Shown here one piece after another: positions 37,223 to 48,859 of a stretch of 64,000 nt of DNA. The DNA comes from Torpedo marmorata (taxonomy: Eukaryota): NCBI GenBank assembly GCA_977017645.1, contig OZ360221.1:92318001-92382000 (forward strand), read 5' to 3'. The notes beneath the pieces are model-generated. The model was given only the letters and a program-made list of their open reading frames with translations, was not told the origin of the DNA and did no database searches. Position numbers and translations under genes: made by a program. Position 1 is the first letter of the stretch. The number at the start of each line of letters is the position of its first letter.

Positions 37223-37456
37223 TGATGAGCCCATCAATTACTTCAAAAGACTAGAAGTTGTACTTGAACTGAAAGGCTTTTATTAGCAAAAGAAAGGAGT
37301 CACATCCATGCTGGTAATCTGTCCCGGACTGGGGGAGGAGTGGTGGCACAATCGCCTTTATTCAGGGGGTCTGTGGGAGGAGCCACCGGGACAGTCAGCA
37401 GAGGGCATGTCCAGACATATCACCCAGCCACAAACTATACAAAGTGGTTTACCACA
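37223..37456 (-). repeat. Gypsy A 3' LTR
   Basis: TG...CA direct repeat of 48157-48390; purine tract GGGGTGAA adjacent on the minus strand. Confidence 0.95.
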
Positions 37457-37516
37457 TTCACCCCACGGGGTGAAGGGTGTAACAATATTTACAAAAGAAA
37501 TTACAAATTAGTATAT

Positions 37517-39710
37517 TTACAGGTCGAGTCGATCAGGCAGTCGAGTCCGCCGTTGTGATCGGCGCAGTACTTGTGGTGATGGGGCAGGTGGCGGTGCTGC
37601 CTCCTGCCTGATTGGAGGTACCAGCACGTCTGGCGTAAGCAGAACCTCGTGTGTGTACGCCGCAGCTGGTACGGGGGTCTCGTTTTGTGTCAGTTTTGAA
37701 TTGGGTGGTGTCTCCTTTGTGTCTCTAGTGGTCGGTGCGGGGGTAACAGTAACCATGGATTGTTCGGGGGTGGGCACCAGTGCTCCTGCGGGCGCCACGT
37801 CCCGGATGGAGACGGTGTCTTCCCGCCCATCAGGAAAACCACGTAGGCGTACTGGGGGTTCGCACGTCGTAGTTGAACTCTCTCAACCATCGGGGCGTAT
37901 TTATTGCTCCTGACATGTTTCCGGAGCAGCACTGGCCCTGAGGACGTCAGCCAGGCTGGTAGGGTAGTCCCGGTGGTCGACTTCCTGGGGAAGGAAAAGA
38001 GTCTCTCATGAGGGGTGGCATTGGTGGATGCGCATAGCAGGGAGCGGATGGAGTGGAGTGCCTCGGGAAGGACATCCTGCCAGCGGGAGACTGGTAATCC
38101 CTTAGACCTGAGGGCTAAGAGTGTGGCCTTCCAGACCGTGGCGTTCTCCCTCTCCACTTGTCCATTCCCCCGGGGGTTATAGCTCGTGGTCCTGCTAGTC
38201 GCGATACCCCTGGCCAGCAGGTATTGGCGCAGCTCGTCACTCATAGCAGGGGTATCCAAACAATGTGAAGAGTGTACGGAGGGATTTTATGACCGAGGTG
38301 GTCGTGGTATCGGGGCAGGGAATGACGAAAGTGAACCGCGAGTACTCGTCAATGACGTTAAGAAAGTACACATTACGGTCGGTGGAGGGGAGGGGGCACT
38401 TAAAGTCGGCACTCAGTCGCTGAAATGGGCGGGTTGTTTTGATCAATTGTGCCTTGTCAGGTCGGTAGAAGAGCAGTTTGCATTCCGCGCAGACTTTGCA
38501 GTTCCCGGTCATCGTCCTGACCTCTTCAAGGGAGTACGGCAGGTTTCGAGCTTTCACAAAGTGGAAAAGCCGGATGGTAAAGGTCGCAGTGGAGGGCATA
38601 TAACCGGTCAATCTGTGCGCTGGTGCACTTCCCCCGGGATAGGGCATCGGAGGGCTCGTTGAGCTTCCCAGGCTGGTACATGATATCATTGTTGTAGGTT
38701 TTATTCTCCACCTCAGGATTTTATCGTTTTTGATTTTATCTCGCTGCTGATTGCTGAACATAAATGCGACTGAGCACTGGTCAGTCAGCAGGGTAAACCT
38801 TTTACCGGCAAGATAGTGCCTCCAGTGCCTTATAGCTTCCACGATGGCCTGGGCCTCTTTCTCCACCACTGAGTGCCGAATTTCTGGGCCTTGAAGGGTA
38901 TGGGAGAAGAACGCCACCGGTCTTACCGCCTGGTTGAGGGTAGCAGCCAGTGCAAGGTCGGACGCGTCGCTTTCTACTTGGAAGGGAGTGGACTCGTCCA
39001 CCACGTGCATTGCTGCTTTGGCAATGTCCCCTTTGATGAGGCTGAAGGCCACGCGTGCCTCAGCTGAGAGGGGGAAAATGGTGGACTTGACTAGGGGGTG
39101 CGGGCCTTGTCCGCATAATTAGGGACCCATTGTGCATAATATGAGAAGAATCCCAAGCACCTTTTGAGAGCTCTGAAGATGTGGGGAAGCAGTAGTTCTA
39201 GCAGGGGGCGCATGCGGTCGGGGTCGGGGCCGATGACTACGTTCTCCACAACGCACCCCAGGATAGCGAGTCGGGTGGTTCCGAACATGCACTTATCCTT
39301 GTTAAAAGTGAGATTAAATGTTTTGGCCACCTGGATGAACTTCCGGAGATTGTTATCATGGTCCTGCCGGTCGTGACCACAGATAGTAATATTGTCCAGG
39401 TATGGGAACGTGGCCTTTAATTGGCACTGGTCCACCATCCTGTCCATCTCCCTCTGGAAGATGGATACCCCATTTGTGACCCCGAAGGGGACGCACAGGA
39501 AGTGATAGAGCCTGCCATCCGATCGAAGGCGGTGTAAGGGCTGTCCTCCCGGTGGATGGGGAGCTGATGATAGGCAGATTTGAGATCTATGGTGGAGTAT
39601 AGCTTGTACTGAGCTATCAGATTCATCATATCTGCAATGCGTGTTAGAGGGTACGCGTCGAGCTATGTGAACCTATTGACGGTCTGACTATAATCTACCA
39701 CCATCCTATT
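37517..39710 (-). pseudogene. Gypsy A pol (RT, RNase H, integrase), frameshifted
   Basis: STIDLKSAYHQ, YLDN, VESDAS, EKEAQA, TDQ, GNGQVEREN, LRRSQR..PDRL. Confidence 0.88.
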
Positions 39711-41281
39711 TTTCTCCCTGTTCTTTTTTAAAAAAAAATATTTTATTTAAAATTTTAAAATCACAAAATACATAAAGTAAAATATAAAATTATGAAATTA
39801 TTTGTGATACATTTTCACCCCCCTCCCTCCCTCCCTCCCCTCCCCAACCCTCCCAACCCCATTAATCTAATAAAAATATAAAATAAAAATAGAAAAAGAA
39901 AAAGAAAGAAAGAAAAGGATAGAGTTAGGGGAATGCCAATCTATAAACTACTTCTATTATGGAGGTCAAATATGCCAGTAGACCCAATACCCAGAGATCT
40001 TCAAATTCTTAAGCCAACGGCTCTCATATATGGGCTCCAAATTTTTAAGAAAAAATGATATTTGTTACGTAAATTATAAGTAATTTTTTCAAGTGGTATA
40101 CACGAACGAAGTTCTGCATGCCATCTTTCAAATCCTAAATCTAAATCAGATTTCCAAGTAATAGCAATGCATTTCTTTGAAACAGCTAAAGCAATTCGCA
40201 AAAATTCTATTTGATACATATTTAATTTCATCTTAATACTAAATTTTCTAATATCTCCAAACAAAAATATCATAGGATCCATTGGAAACGTAATTTTAAA
40301 TACTTTATCTAAAACATTTTTAACTTTCAACCAAAAATCATAAACTTTTGGACAAAACCATGTAGAATGTACAAAAGATCCTTCTTCTTTATTACATCTA
40401 AAACATAAACCTGATAATGTCGGATTACATTTCTTTAATTTTTTTAGGTGTTAAATATAATTGATGAAAAAAATTGTATTGTACTAATCTATATCTAACA
40501 TTAATAATCTTCGTCATACTTAATTTAGATAATTCTTTCCAATGATTTTCATCTATTCTTACATTCAAATCTAATTCCCATTTTAATCTTGATTTATGCT
40601 ATCCTACTTTAGGTATTTTCCTCTGAAACAATTTATACATTTGAGAAATAAATTTATTAACATCTCCATTAGTAACTAATAATTCTAATTCATTTTGCCT
40701 TGGTAAAATCAAAGCATAACCTAATTTCTCAATCAAAAAAGCTCTAATTTGATAATAAGCAAAAAGTGTATTATCTAATATATTAAATTTATCTTTCATT
40801 CTTTGAAAAGTAATAAATTTCCCAGCTTCAAAACAGTAATTAATCTTCTTAATTCCTTTTTGTTGTGTATTTCGGGTGTAAGCTTACAATAACACACCGA
40901 GACGACAGTCTTCATTCATCATTTATTACTAAACTAAAATGGCATTCAGAGTTACCCCTTATATAGTACGTATGACATCATTACGTCATAAGTTATACGT
41001 TACATATACAACACTCTTCCCCCCCACGAAATATAGATGGTTATTATGATTATATATTCCCCGATTACTGGTAAACTATAGTAACTACTGGAATATAGCG
41101 GGGAAACTACAATTACAAACAAAACATGCAAGTAAAACTAGAACTACTAACTGTTAGTATCATACTGATCATCACTAAAGTGAAAAATCATTTAAGGTAC
41201 ATAGTCTCTCAAATGTTCTGGTGGACGTCGTTGACGATGTGATCTTCTTAGGGGAGGATCCCCTACAGCTGTCGAAACCAA

Positions 41282-41371
41282 TGGACTCTTGGCCTTTTCT
41301 GGACTCTTTGCTTTTTCTGGACTCTTTGCTTTTTCTGGACTCTTTGCCTTTTCTGGACTCTTTGCCTTTTC
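41282..41371 (-). repeat. 18-bp x5 coding tandem repeat (EKAKSP) in the integrase tail
   Basis: TGGACTCTTTGCCTTTTC units. Confidence 0.95.
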
Positions 41372-42287
41372 TGCTGTAATATCTTCTTCGAAATGGAAAC
41401 TGGAATCTGGAGTCTGTCTTTCTAGATCAACCTCATCGTCATTAACCCACAATGGCAAATTCTTCGGCTCCTCTGTGCCGAATACTGGATCTTCCACAGC
41501 TCTCAGCTGGTCAATATGTCGTTTCCATATGTTAGAGTCTACTTGTATTGCATATGAGCAAGGGCTTAGCTTCTTAATGATCACACCTCTTATCCATGTT
41601 TCTTTATTATTTCTGTAATCTCTTACCAACACTCTTTCACCCACTTCCAGAGATCGTGTTGGTTTAGTTGGTGAGGTGTCGTATTCAATACGACCGCTGA
41701 TATCCGGATGCACTGCGGATAGCCTCGTTCGAATATTCCTACCAAACATTAATTCTGCTGGCGTTCTTTTAGTTGTTGAATGCGGTGTATTTCTGTATCC
41801 TGCCAGGAAATTTGCTATTCTATGATTCCATGACAAGTTAAGCAATTTTCCTGCTTTCATTGCGTTTTTAAATGTTCGCACAAAACGTTCCGCTTCTCCA
41901 TTAGTACTCGGGTGGTACGGTGCTGAAAGTACATGGCGTATACCATTTTTACGCATGAACATTTTAAATACATCTGAAGTAAACTGAGGACCATTGTCTG
42001 ATACTAATTCCACTGGTAAACCAAATGATGCAAACATAGTTCTTAATTTTTTAATTGTTTGGAGGGTTGTTGTTGTACGCATATGTGAAACTACTGGCCA
42101 TTTGGAATGTGCGTCGACCACAATCAAGAAATTCTCCCCCATAAATGGACCGGCAAAATCAACATGAATTCTGTGCCAGGGTCGAGATGGCCATTTCCAT
42201 GGATTTGCCTCGGCCTGGGGAGCTTTAGGTTGCATGTCTTGACAAATGCCACACCTTCGTACAGTTTGCTCAATATCCATATCCATT

Positions 42288-42345
42288 ATATTATGTAATG
42301 TGTGATTTAAAAATTTAAATAAAATATTAAAAAAAAAAAAAAAAA
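42288..42345 (+). mobile_element. Extremely 5'-truncated L1 (3' end plus poly-A)
   Basis: Matches the L1 3' end at about 54890-54940; 16-bp TSD AATATCCATATCCATT at 42272-42287 and 42346-42361. Confidence 0.9.
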
Positions 42346-45300
42346 AATATCCATATCCATTGATGGCCACCAAACATGCATTCGGGCTAGCGCTTTCATG
42401 CGGACTATTCCCGGATGGTTATCATGCAGTTCTGCCAATATGTCTTTTTGCCATTTCCTGGGAATAATAGTCCTGGCCCCCCATAATAAACAACTTTCTT
42501 CAATAGTTATTTCATTTCGTCGGATGTAGTAAGGTTTAAGTTCTGTGGAAATAGTGTCCCCTTCTGGCCATCCATTTAATGTAAAATACAAAACCTTGGC
42601 CAGTGTTGGTTCATTTCTTACCTCTTTACTGATTATTTTGGCTGTGATGGGCAGATGGCGAAGCTGTTCTTGATTAATAGCTGTGGCCTCTGAAGTCCAT
42701 TGAACTATCTCTTCTGTCTGACCGGTCTCCGGCAGAGGTAGGCGTGACAAGGCATCGGCATGTCCATTTTGTGTTGCAGGTTTATGTTTCAACTCATAAT
42801 CGTAAGCGGCAAGCATTATTGCCCATCTCTGGATTCTGGTTGCTGCCAATACTGGGATGCCTTTCTTAGAACCCAAAATAAAACTGAGTGGTTTGTTATC
42901 CGTTACTAATGTGAATTTCCTTCCATATAAATACTGGTGGAATCTTTTGATTCCGAATACTATGGCCAATCCTTCTTTTTCTAACTGTGCATAATTTCGT
43001 TCACAAGCTGTCAAAGATCGAGATGCATACGCCACTGGTTGCTCTCCCTTTTCGGTTATTTGTGACAATACTGCTCCTAGACCCACCGGTGAGGCATCTA
43101 CCGCCAAAGTTACTTCTCTGTTAGGATCATAGTGAACGAGTATATTATTGCTCATAGTTAAAAGTTTTTTTAACTTGTTGAAGGCATCATTCGCTTTTGT
43201 ACTCCAGTACCATTTTTGATCCTTTCTTAATAACTGGTTCAATGGGTTGCACACCGTAGACATGTCTGGAATATGTTTTCGATAATGGTTGACTAACCCC
43301 AAAAACGATTGTAACTCTGCTTTGTTGGTTGGACAAGGCGCTTTTCGGACGGCTTCAGTACCTGCTGCATTCATTTGAACACCTTCTTTATTAATGGTAA
43401 ATCCCAAATAAGTTACTGAGGGTACCATAAATACACATTTGTCTTGACGCAGACGGACATTCGCTTGTTGTAGTCGTGTTAGGACCTTTTCCAGGTTTGT
43501 TAAATGTTCTGTATCATCTCGTCCTGTGATAATGATATCATCCAGGTAGCAACCCACATTTAGTCCCTGTAGTAATTTGTCCATGATTGATTGGAATATC
43601 GCAGGTGCAGCTGATATTCCATAGGGCATTCTGGTATATGTGAATAATCCCCGATGGGTATTAATTGCCACATATTTCTTTGATGTCTCATCTAATTTCA
43701 CTTGTTGGTACGCTTGAGAAAGGTCCAACTTGGTGAATTTCTTTCCCCCATTTAGTGATTGGAATAAATCTTCGGCTCTGGGCATTGGGTGTTGTGGTAT
43801 TTGCAGAGCCTGATTAATGGTGACTTTGTAATCCCCACAAATTCGAATCTCTCCGTTCGGTTTCCGAACCGGTACGATGGGTGCTGCCCAATCACTGTAT
43901 TGCAGTTTTTCAATAACTCCCTCTTCTTCTAATCTATTAAGTTCTGCGTCAATTTTTCCTTTTATTGCAAACGGTACTGTTCTTGGCTTATAAAACTTTG
44001 GTTCCGCCTCTGGTTTCAATTTCAATTGTGCCTCGACTCCTTTGATTTTCCCCAGACCTTTATTAAATAATGTCTGATAATTCTTTAGCACTTGTGATAA
44101 CTTTGATTCCTCTCCTGATTGAACCTTTAGCACTGATCCAATCTCCGTCCAATCTAATGGAATATGTGATAGCCAGTTCCTTCCAAATAAGGCTTTTCCC
44201 TTCGCATCAATAACGATAATAGGTAAATCTTTTAAGATCTTACCCTTATATTCGACTTCTACTTTGCATTTACCAATCACTGTGATTTTCTCTCCTGTGA
44301 CTGTCCTCAATAGGATGTCGGATGGTCCTATGGTGATGTTGGGCCAATACTCAAACAATAATTTTTTCGGCATTAGGGTTACAGAGGCTCCGGTGTCTAG
44401 TTCCATTCGAATGGATTTACCATTGATTTTTACATCTATATAAATCTCTGACTTCTTGTCCCCCACACTGTGGATATGCATTACCTCCGCTACCTGAGCC
44501 TTTTGTTCTGTTTTTTCTTCCTCCGAGTCATTCGTTGACTCGCTACTAGGGGTTTCCACTGTCTCTTTATCTTTAACTTTTTTCACTTTGAATGACTGTT
44601 TGCTCATATTTGTCTTCTGTTTGTTACTTTTCTGGTACAGCAATTTTCTGCTTGGACATCTAGTCTTGATATGTCCTTCTTTATCACAATAATGGCATTT
44701 GGCCTTTCTAAAGTAACAATTGTCAGAGCTGTGGTTGCTTTTTCCACAGCGGAAGCACTGTGGTTTACCAGGTTTGTTAACATATCCTACTGTTGAGGCT
44801 TCTCCCTGTATGATATCAATATTTTTCCCAGCCATTTCGAAACTTAATGCTGTAGCATAAGCAGTGGCAATATTTAAATCTGGTTTACTCAGCAATCGTT
44901 GTTGGGTGGTACGGTCAGCTAGACCCATCACTAATTTGTCTCTTAATGCATCATTTAAGAATTCACCAAAGTCACAACGTTCTGATAACCGACGTAGTTC
45001 AGCCAAATATTCGCTTATTGGCTCGCCTATTATTTGTTTTCTAGAGTAAAACTTATAACGCTCTGCAATAATTACAGGTCTTGGACAGAGGTGTTTTCCT
45101 ATTACTGTGCATAGTTCATCATAAGTTTTAGTACTTGGTCTCTCAGGTGCCAACAGAGACTTCATAAGTTTAAAAATTTTACTTCCTACTTCACTTAAGA
45201 ATAACGCTGTTTTTCTGCTTGTTACTGGTGTATCATGTACATTGTGGGCAACACAGTACATATTGAATCTTTCAATGTAGTCATACCAGTCTTCTGAGTC

Positions 45301-45459
45301 TTTGAACTCTCCGAAACGGCTGTCGGCCATTTTGAGTTGTTTTCCCGCGTTTTTCTTCTTTCTTCTTTCTTCTTTGAAAGTGAGCTTATGGAGCTCACTG
45401 TTTCTTTCTTCTTTCTTCTTTTCTTCCCCTCCCTTTCCTTGTTAGGGAGGTCCGTTTTT

Positions 45460-45472
45460 ATCCTCGTCGCCA
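45460..45472 (-). promoter_or_regulatory. Gypsy B primer-binding site TGGCGACGAGGAT, complementary to the vertebrate tRNA-Ser(GCU) 3' end
   Basis: Lies 3 nt inside the 5' LTR; tRNA-Ser(GCU) ends ...AUCCUCGUCGCCA (from memory). Confidence 0.75.
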
Positions 45473-46666
45473 ATCTGTTGTGTATTTCGGGTGTAAGCTT
45501 ACAATAACACACCGACGACAGTCTTCATTCATCACTTTTTGAAACCAAATTTTAAATAATTGATTATTAATAGTAAATGGAATAAGTCCATTTTGATATA
45601 AAGGCATCCTTGAAGAAATCAATCCTTTTCCTCCTATTTCCTTATCCGTCTTATTCCATATTTCTAACAAATGTTGAAAAATAGGTGAATTTTTCTTTCT
45701 TGTTGATATTAATTTAGAATCCCATTTATAAATAATTTTTTCTTTGGAATCTTCTCCTATATTATTTAATTCTATTTTAATCCAAGCAGAAGATTTAGTT
45801 GAATCAAAAAATTCATTAATAAATTTTAGTTGAGCTGCTTTATAATAATTTTGGAAATTAGGAAGTTGTAAACCACCCATTTCATAATTCCAAGTTAATT
45901 TTTCCATACCTACTCTTGCTAACTTTCCTTTCCATAAAAATTTTCTAATAATTAAATTTAAATCTTTAAAAAATTTTTGAGGAATTCCATATGGAATTGA
46001 TTGAAAAAGATATTGAATTCTTGGAAAGACATTCATTTTAATACAGTTTACTCTTCCCATTAAAGTTATAGGTAAATCTTTCCAATTTTCTAAATCTTTC
46101 TTTATTTTCACAAATAATGGTAAATAATTTAATTTATATAAGTTATTCAATTTTATATCGACCCTTATTCCCAAATATTTAATTCCTTCCTTTGCCCATT
46201 TAAATTGTGTGATTTCTTTACATCTACTATAATCCCCTTGTGATAATGCCATAATTTCACTTTTATCAGAGTTAATCTTATATCCAGATATTTCCCCATA
46301 TTCTCTCAATAACAGAGACAATTGTACTAAGGATGTAGTAGATTTTGTCATATATATCAATACATCATCTGCAAACAAACTAATTTTATGTTCTTCCATT
46401 CCAACTTTAATACCAACTATTTTCGGATCTTTTCTAACTAATTCTGCCAAGGGTTCTATCGCCAAAATAAATAATGCTGGTGACAAAGGACATCCTTGTC
46501 TAGTAGATCGAGTCAAAGGAAATTTTGAAGAAGTTTGTCCATTTGTAACTACTTTAGCTGATGGTTCTTTATATATAGTTTTAATCCAATTAATAAATGT
46601 ATTTCCAAAACCAAATTTCTCCAATACCTTAAATAAAAAATTCCACTCTAATTTCTCCCTGTTCTT

Positions 46667-48133
46667 GATGACAACCATCTGGGCCCTCCAGGGACTTGTG
46701 CTCGCCTCAATGATCCCTTCCCTAAGCAACCGCTGCACCTCCGACTTAATGAAGGCCCTGTCCCCTGCGCTGTATCTCCTGCTTTTGGTTGCCACAGGTT
46801 TACAGTCAGATTGGCGAACAGCGTTGGGGGAGGGATCTTGAGGGTGGATTGGCCGCAAGTAGTGTTTGTGATGCGGCTGCGTGTGTGGTGTGGCGGGATA
46901 CGTCTACCATGTTTGAGGAATTGATGGTTACCGACACTGACGACCCTTTGGCTTACTGGCTGTGTCATGAGTCTGCAACGCTGCGCCGTGTCAGGGTGGA
47001 TGAAGCTCTCCGTGCTGCCCGTGTCGAACAGGCAGCTTGTCCTGCCTCCCTCCACCAGAATGTCCATCATAGACCTCGTGAGTTGGTGGTGCACTTTGGT
47101 CGAGTGTAACGGGTGCCAAAGGTGAGTCGCTGTCTTGATCTGACGCGATGGAGTGCCTGTTGTTCTGGGTTGGCGGCACCCGTGGGTCGTGTCGGTGTGA
47201 TGACGGCGAACAAAATGGCCGCTCCCATGACTCGCACGTGTTGGCCGTGGGTATGTAAGATTGTGGCGACTGAAGTGACGACAAACAAGATGGCCACCCC
47301 CATGTCTCGCACATGGTGGCAGCGGACGGGCAAGATGGCGATGGTAACAATGGCGACCCCCATGCCTCGCACGCGGTGCTGCTCGATCCCGCTCGCGGTT
47401 TTGACTTACAGACCTTGGCGAAATGGCATTTCTTCCCGCAGCTGGCACAGGTCGCATCTCTGGCCGGGCAACGTTTCCAGGGGTGATTTTCGAGTCCGCA
47501 GAAGTAGCACTTCTCGGACTCGCGGCTGACTGCAGCTGTGGTTGATTCGCTGGTGTGGTGCGGGGTCTGCGGTATCCACGGAGCCGGCGGGATATCACGT
47601 GCCTGGATAGCATCGGAGTTCTGCAACGCGGCTTCCAGCGTGTCTTCCAGCTCTATCGCCAAGCGTAAGGTGAGGTCGGCTTGCTGCAGCAGGCGCTGGT
47701 GCACATACACCGACCAGGTCCCAGTGATGAAAGCGTCTCTTGCCAGGAGCTCCGCGTGTTCTCCGGGCGTCAGTGCCTGGTAATCACAGGCCCGCACGAG
47801 TGTCTGTAGGGCCCGGACGAACTCCGCGCTCAACTCACCGGGCCGCTGCTGCCGCGTCGTTAACCGGTGTCGCGCGTATACCGTATTAACTGGCCGTATA
47901 TATTGTCTTTTAAGAGCGTTCATAGCGTCTTCGTAGGTCTGCAGGTCTCGGATCATCGAGTAGACCCGTGGGCTGACCCTAGAGAGGAGGACTTTGCGTT
48001 TTGAAGCGTCTTCGTGCACCTTGATTTCCTCCAGGAATGACTCAAAGCAGGCTAGCCAGAGTTCGAAAGCGTTGCCGGCCTCTGGTGTTTGCGGATCGAG
48101 GTCCAGCTTGTCGGGTCTCAAGATATTTTCCAG
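46667..48133 (-). pseudogene. Gypsy A gag, protease and RT start
   Basis: RPDKLDLDP N-terminus, CYFCGLENH..C and CASCGKKCH..C knuckles, LFDTGS, SPWRAQ; the probable start codon has decayed to CTG at 48133. Confidence 0.85.
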
Positions 48134-48156
48134 GCTTAAAATTTTGCTTATAAAAT

Positions 48157-48390
48157 TGATGAGCCCATCAATAACTTCAAAAGACTAGAAGTTGTACTTG
48201 AACTAAAAGGCTTTTATTAGCAAAAGAATGGAGTCACATCCATGCTGGTAATCTGTCCTGGACTGGGGGAGGAGTGGTGGCACAATCGCCTTTATTCAGG
48301 GGGTTTGTGGGAAGAGCCACCGGGACAGTCAGCAGAGGGCATGTCCAGATATATCACCCAACCACAACCTATACAAGATGGTTTACCACA
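48157..48390 (-). repeat. Gypsy A 5' LTR
   Basis: Direct repeat of 37223-37456. Confidence 0.95.
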
Positions 48391-48859
48391 GGGGTGCAAC
48401 AGTTTTTGCTTGTCTAGTGGTCAAATTGGACTTATAAGTCATTGAGTTCATCTGGGAGTGAAGCTTTGATATCTCCTACTGCACTGGATTTGGTTTTGCT
48501 GCAGGTTATATCATTTAGGCCCTTCCGCAGCTGTCGAGTATCCTTCGTTGTTTCGATTCTTGTCCGGAATCTTTGCTTTGCCCAGGAACTGGCTTTTCAT
48601 AGGTAGTACTTGCTCCTGGTGTAGTGCTCTGGATCTCCGGTCTTAACTGCCAGTGATCTGGCTCTCAGCAGGTTCTGGATTTCATTGTTCATTCAGGGCT
48701 TCTTGTTAGGGAAAACCCTGAACAATTTGGTTGGGACCCACTCATCCACAGCTGTTTTAATAAAGTCTGTAACGGCACTGGTGTAATCATTCAGATCTTC
48801 AGCTGAGTTCTTGAACACAGCCCACTCCATTGACTCAAGGCAATACCCTCTGATCCAGG

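Larger units (their letters stand above)
41192..45330 (-). pseudogene. Gypsy B single gag-pol ORF (about 1354 aa when reconstructed), broken only by a 58-bp L1 tail plus TSD
   Basis: Two CCHC knuckles, LDTGA protease, YLDD RT, VDAS RNase H, HHCC and DDE integrase; removing 74 bp restores WWPSMDMDIEQTVRRC. Confidence 0.92.
40861..45534 (-). mobile_element. Gypsy B: young Mag-like LTR retrotransposon
   Basis: 3' LTR 40861-41013 (153 bp), shortened 5' LTR 45476-45534, TSD CTTTT at 40856-40860 and 45535-45539, PBS at 45460-45472, PPT GGGGGGGAAGAG. Confidence 0.95.
39726..46651 (-). mobile_element. 5'-truncated L1 inserted in Gypsy A RT and split by Gypsy B
   Basis: 15-bp TSD TTTCTCCCTGTTCTT at 39711-39725 and 46652-46666; RQGCPLSP and FADD motifs; G-rich 3' UTR. 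Confidence 0.93.
37223..48390 (-). mobile_element. Gypsy A: full-length Mag-like Ty3/Gypsy LTR retrotransposon, decayed, with nested insertions
   Basis: 234-bp LTRs at 37223-37456 and 48157-48390 (11 mismatches counted by eye); TSD GGGGT at 37218-37222 and 48391-48395; gag-PR-RT-RH-IN order. Confidence 0.95.
35005..48855 (-). mobile_element. Rex1/Babar LINE split by Gypsy A (pieces 35005-37222 and 48391-48855), also hosting two SINEs
   Basis: RT fragments at 35227-37214; sequence after 48391 continues the Rex1 consensus (compare 8871-9320). Confidence 0.88.

Noticed and set aside
41282-41371. Neurofilament gene fragment
   Set aside because: The repeat is in frame within Gypsy integrase and has no flanking neurofilament sequence.
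46648-47613. Separate 321-aa gene overlapping gag
   Set aside because: Its middle carries the Gypsy A protease (LFDTGS); the overlap reflects frameshifted or decayed gag-pol.
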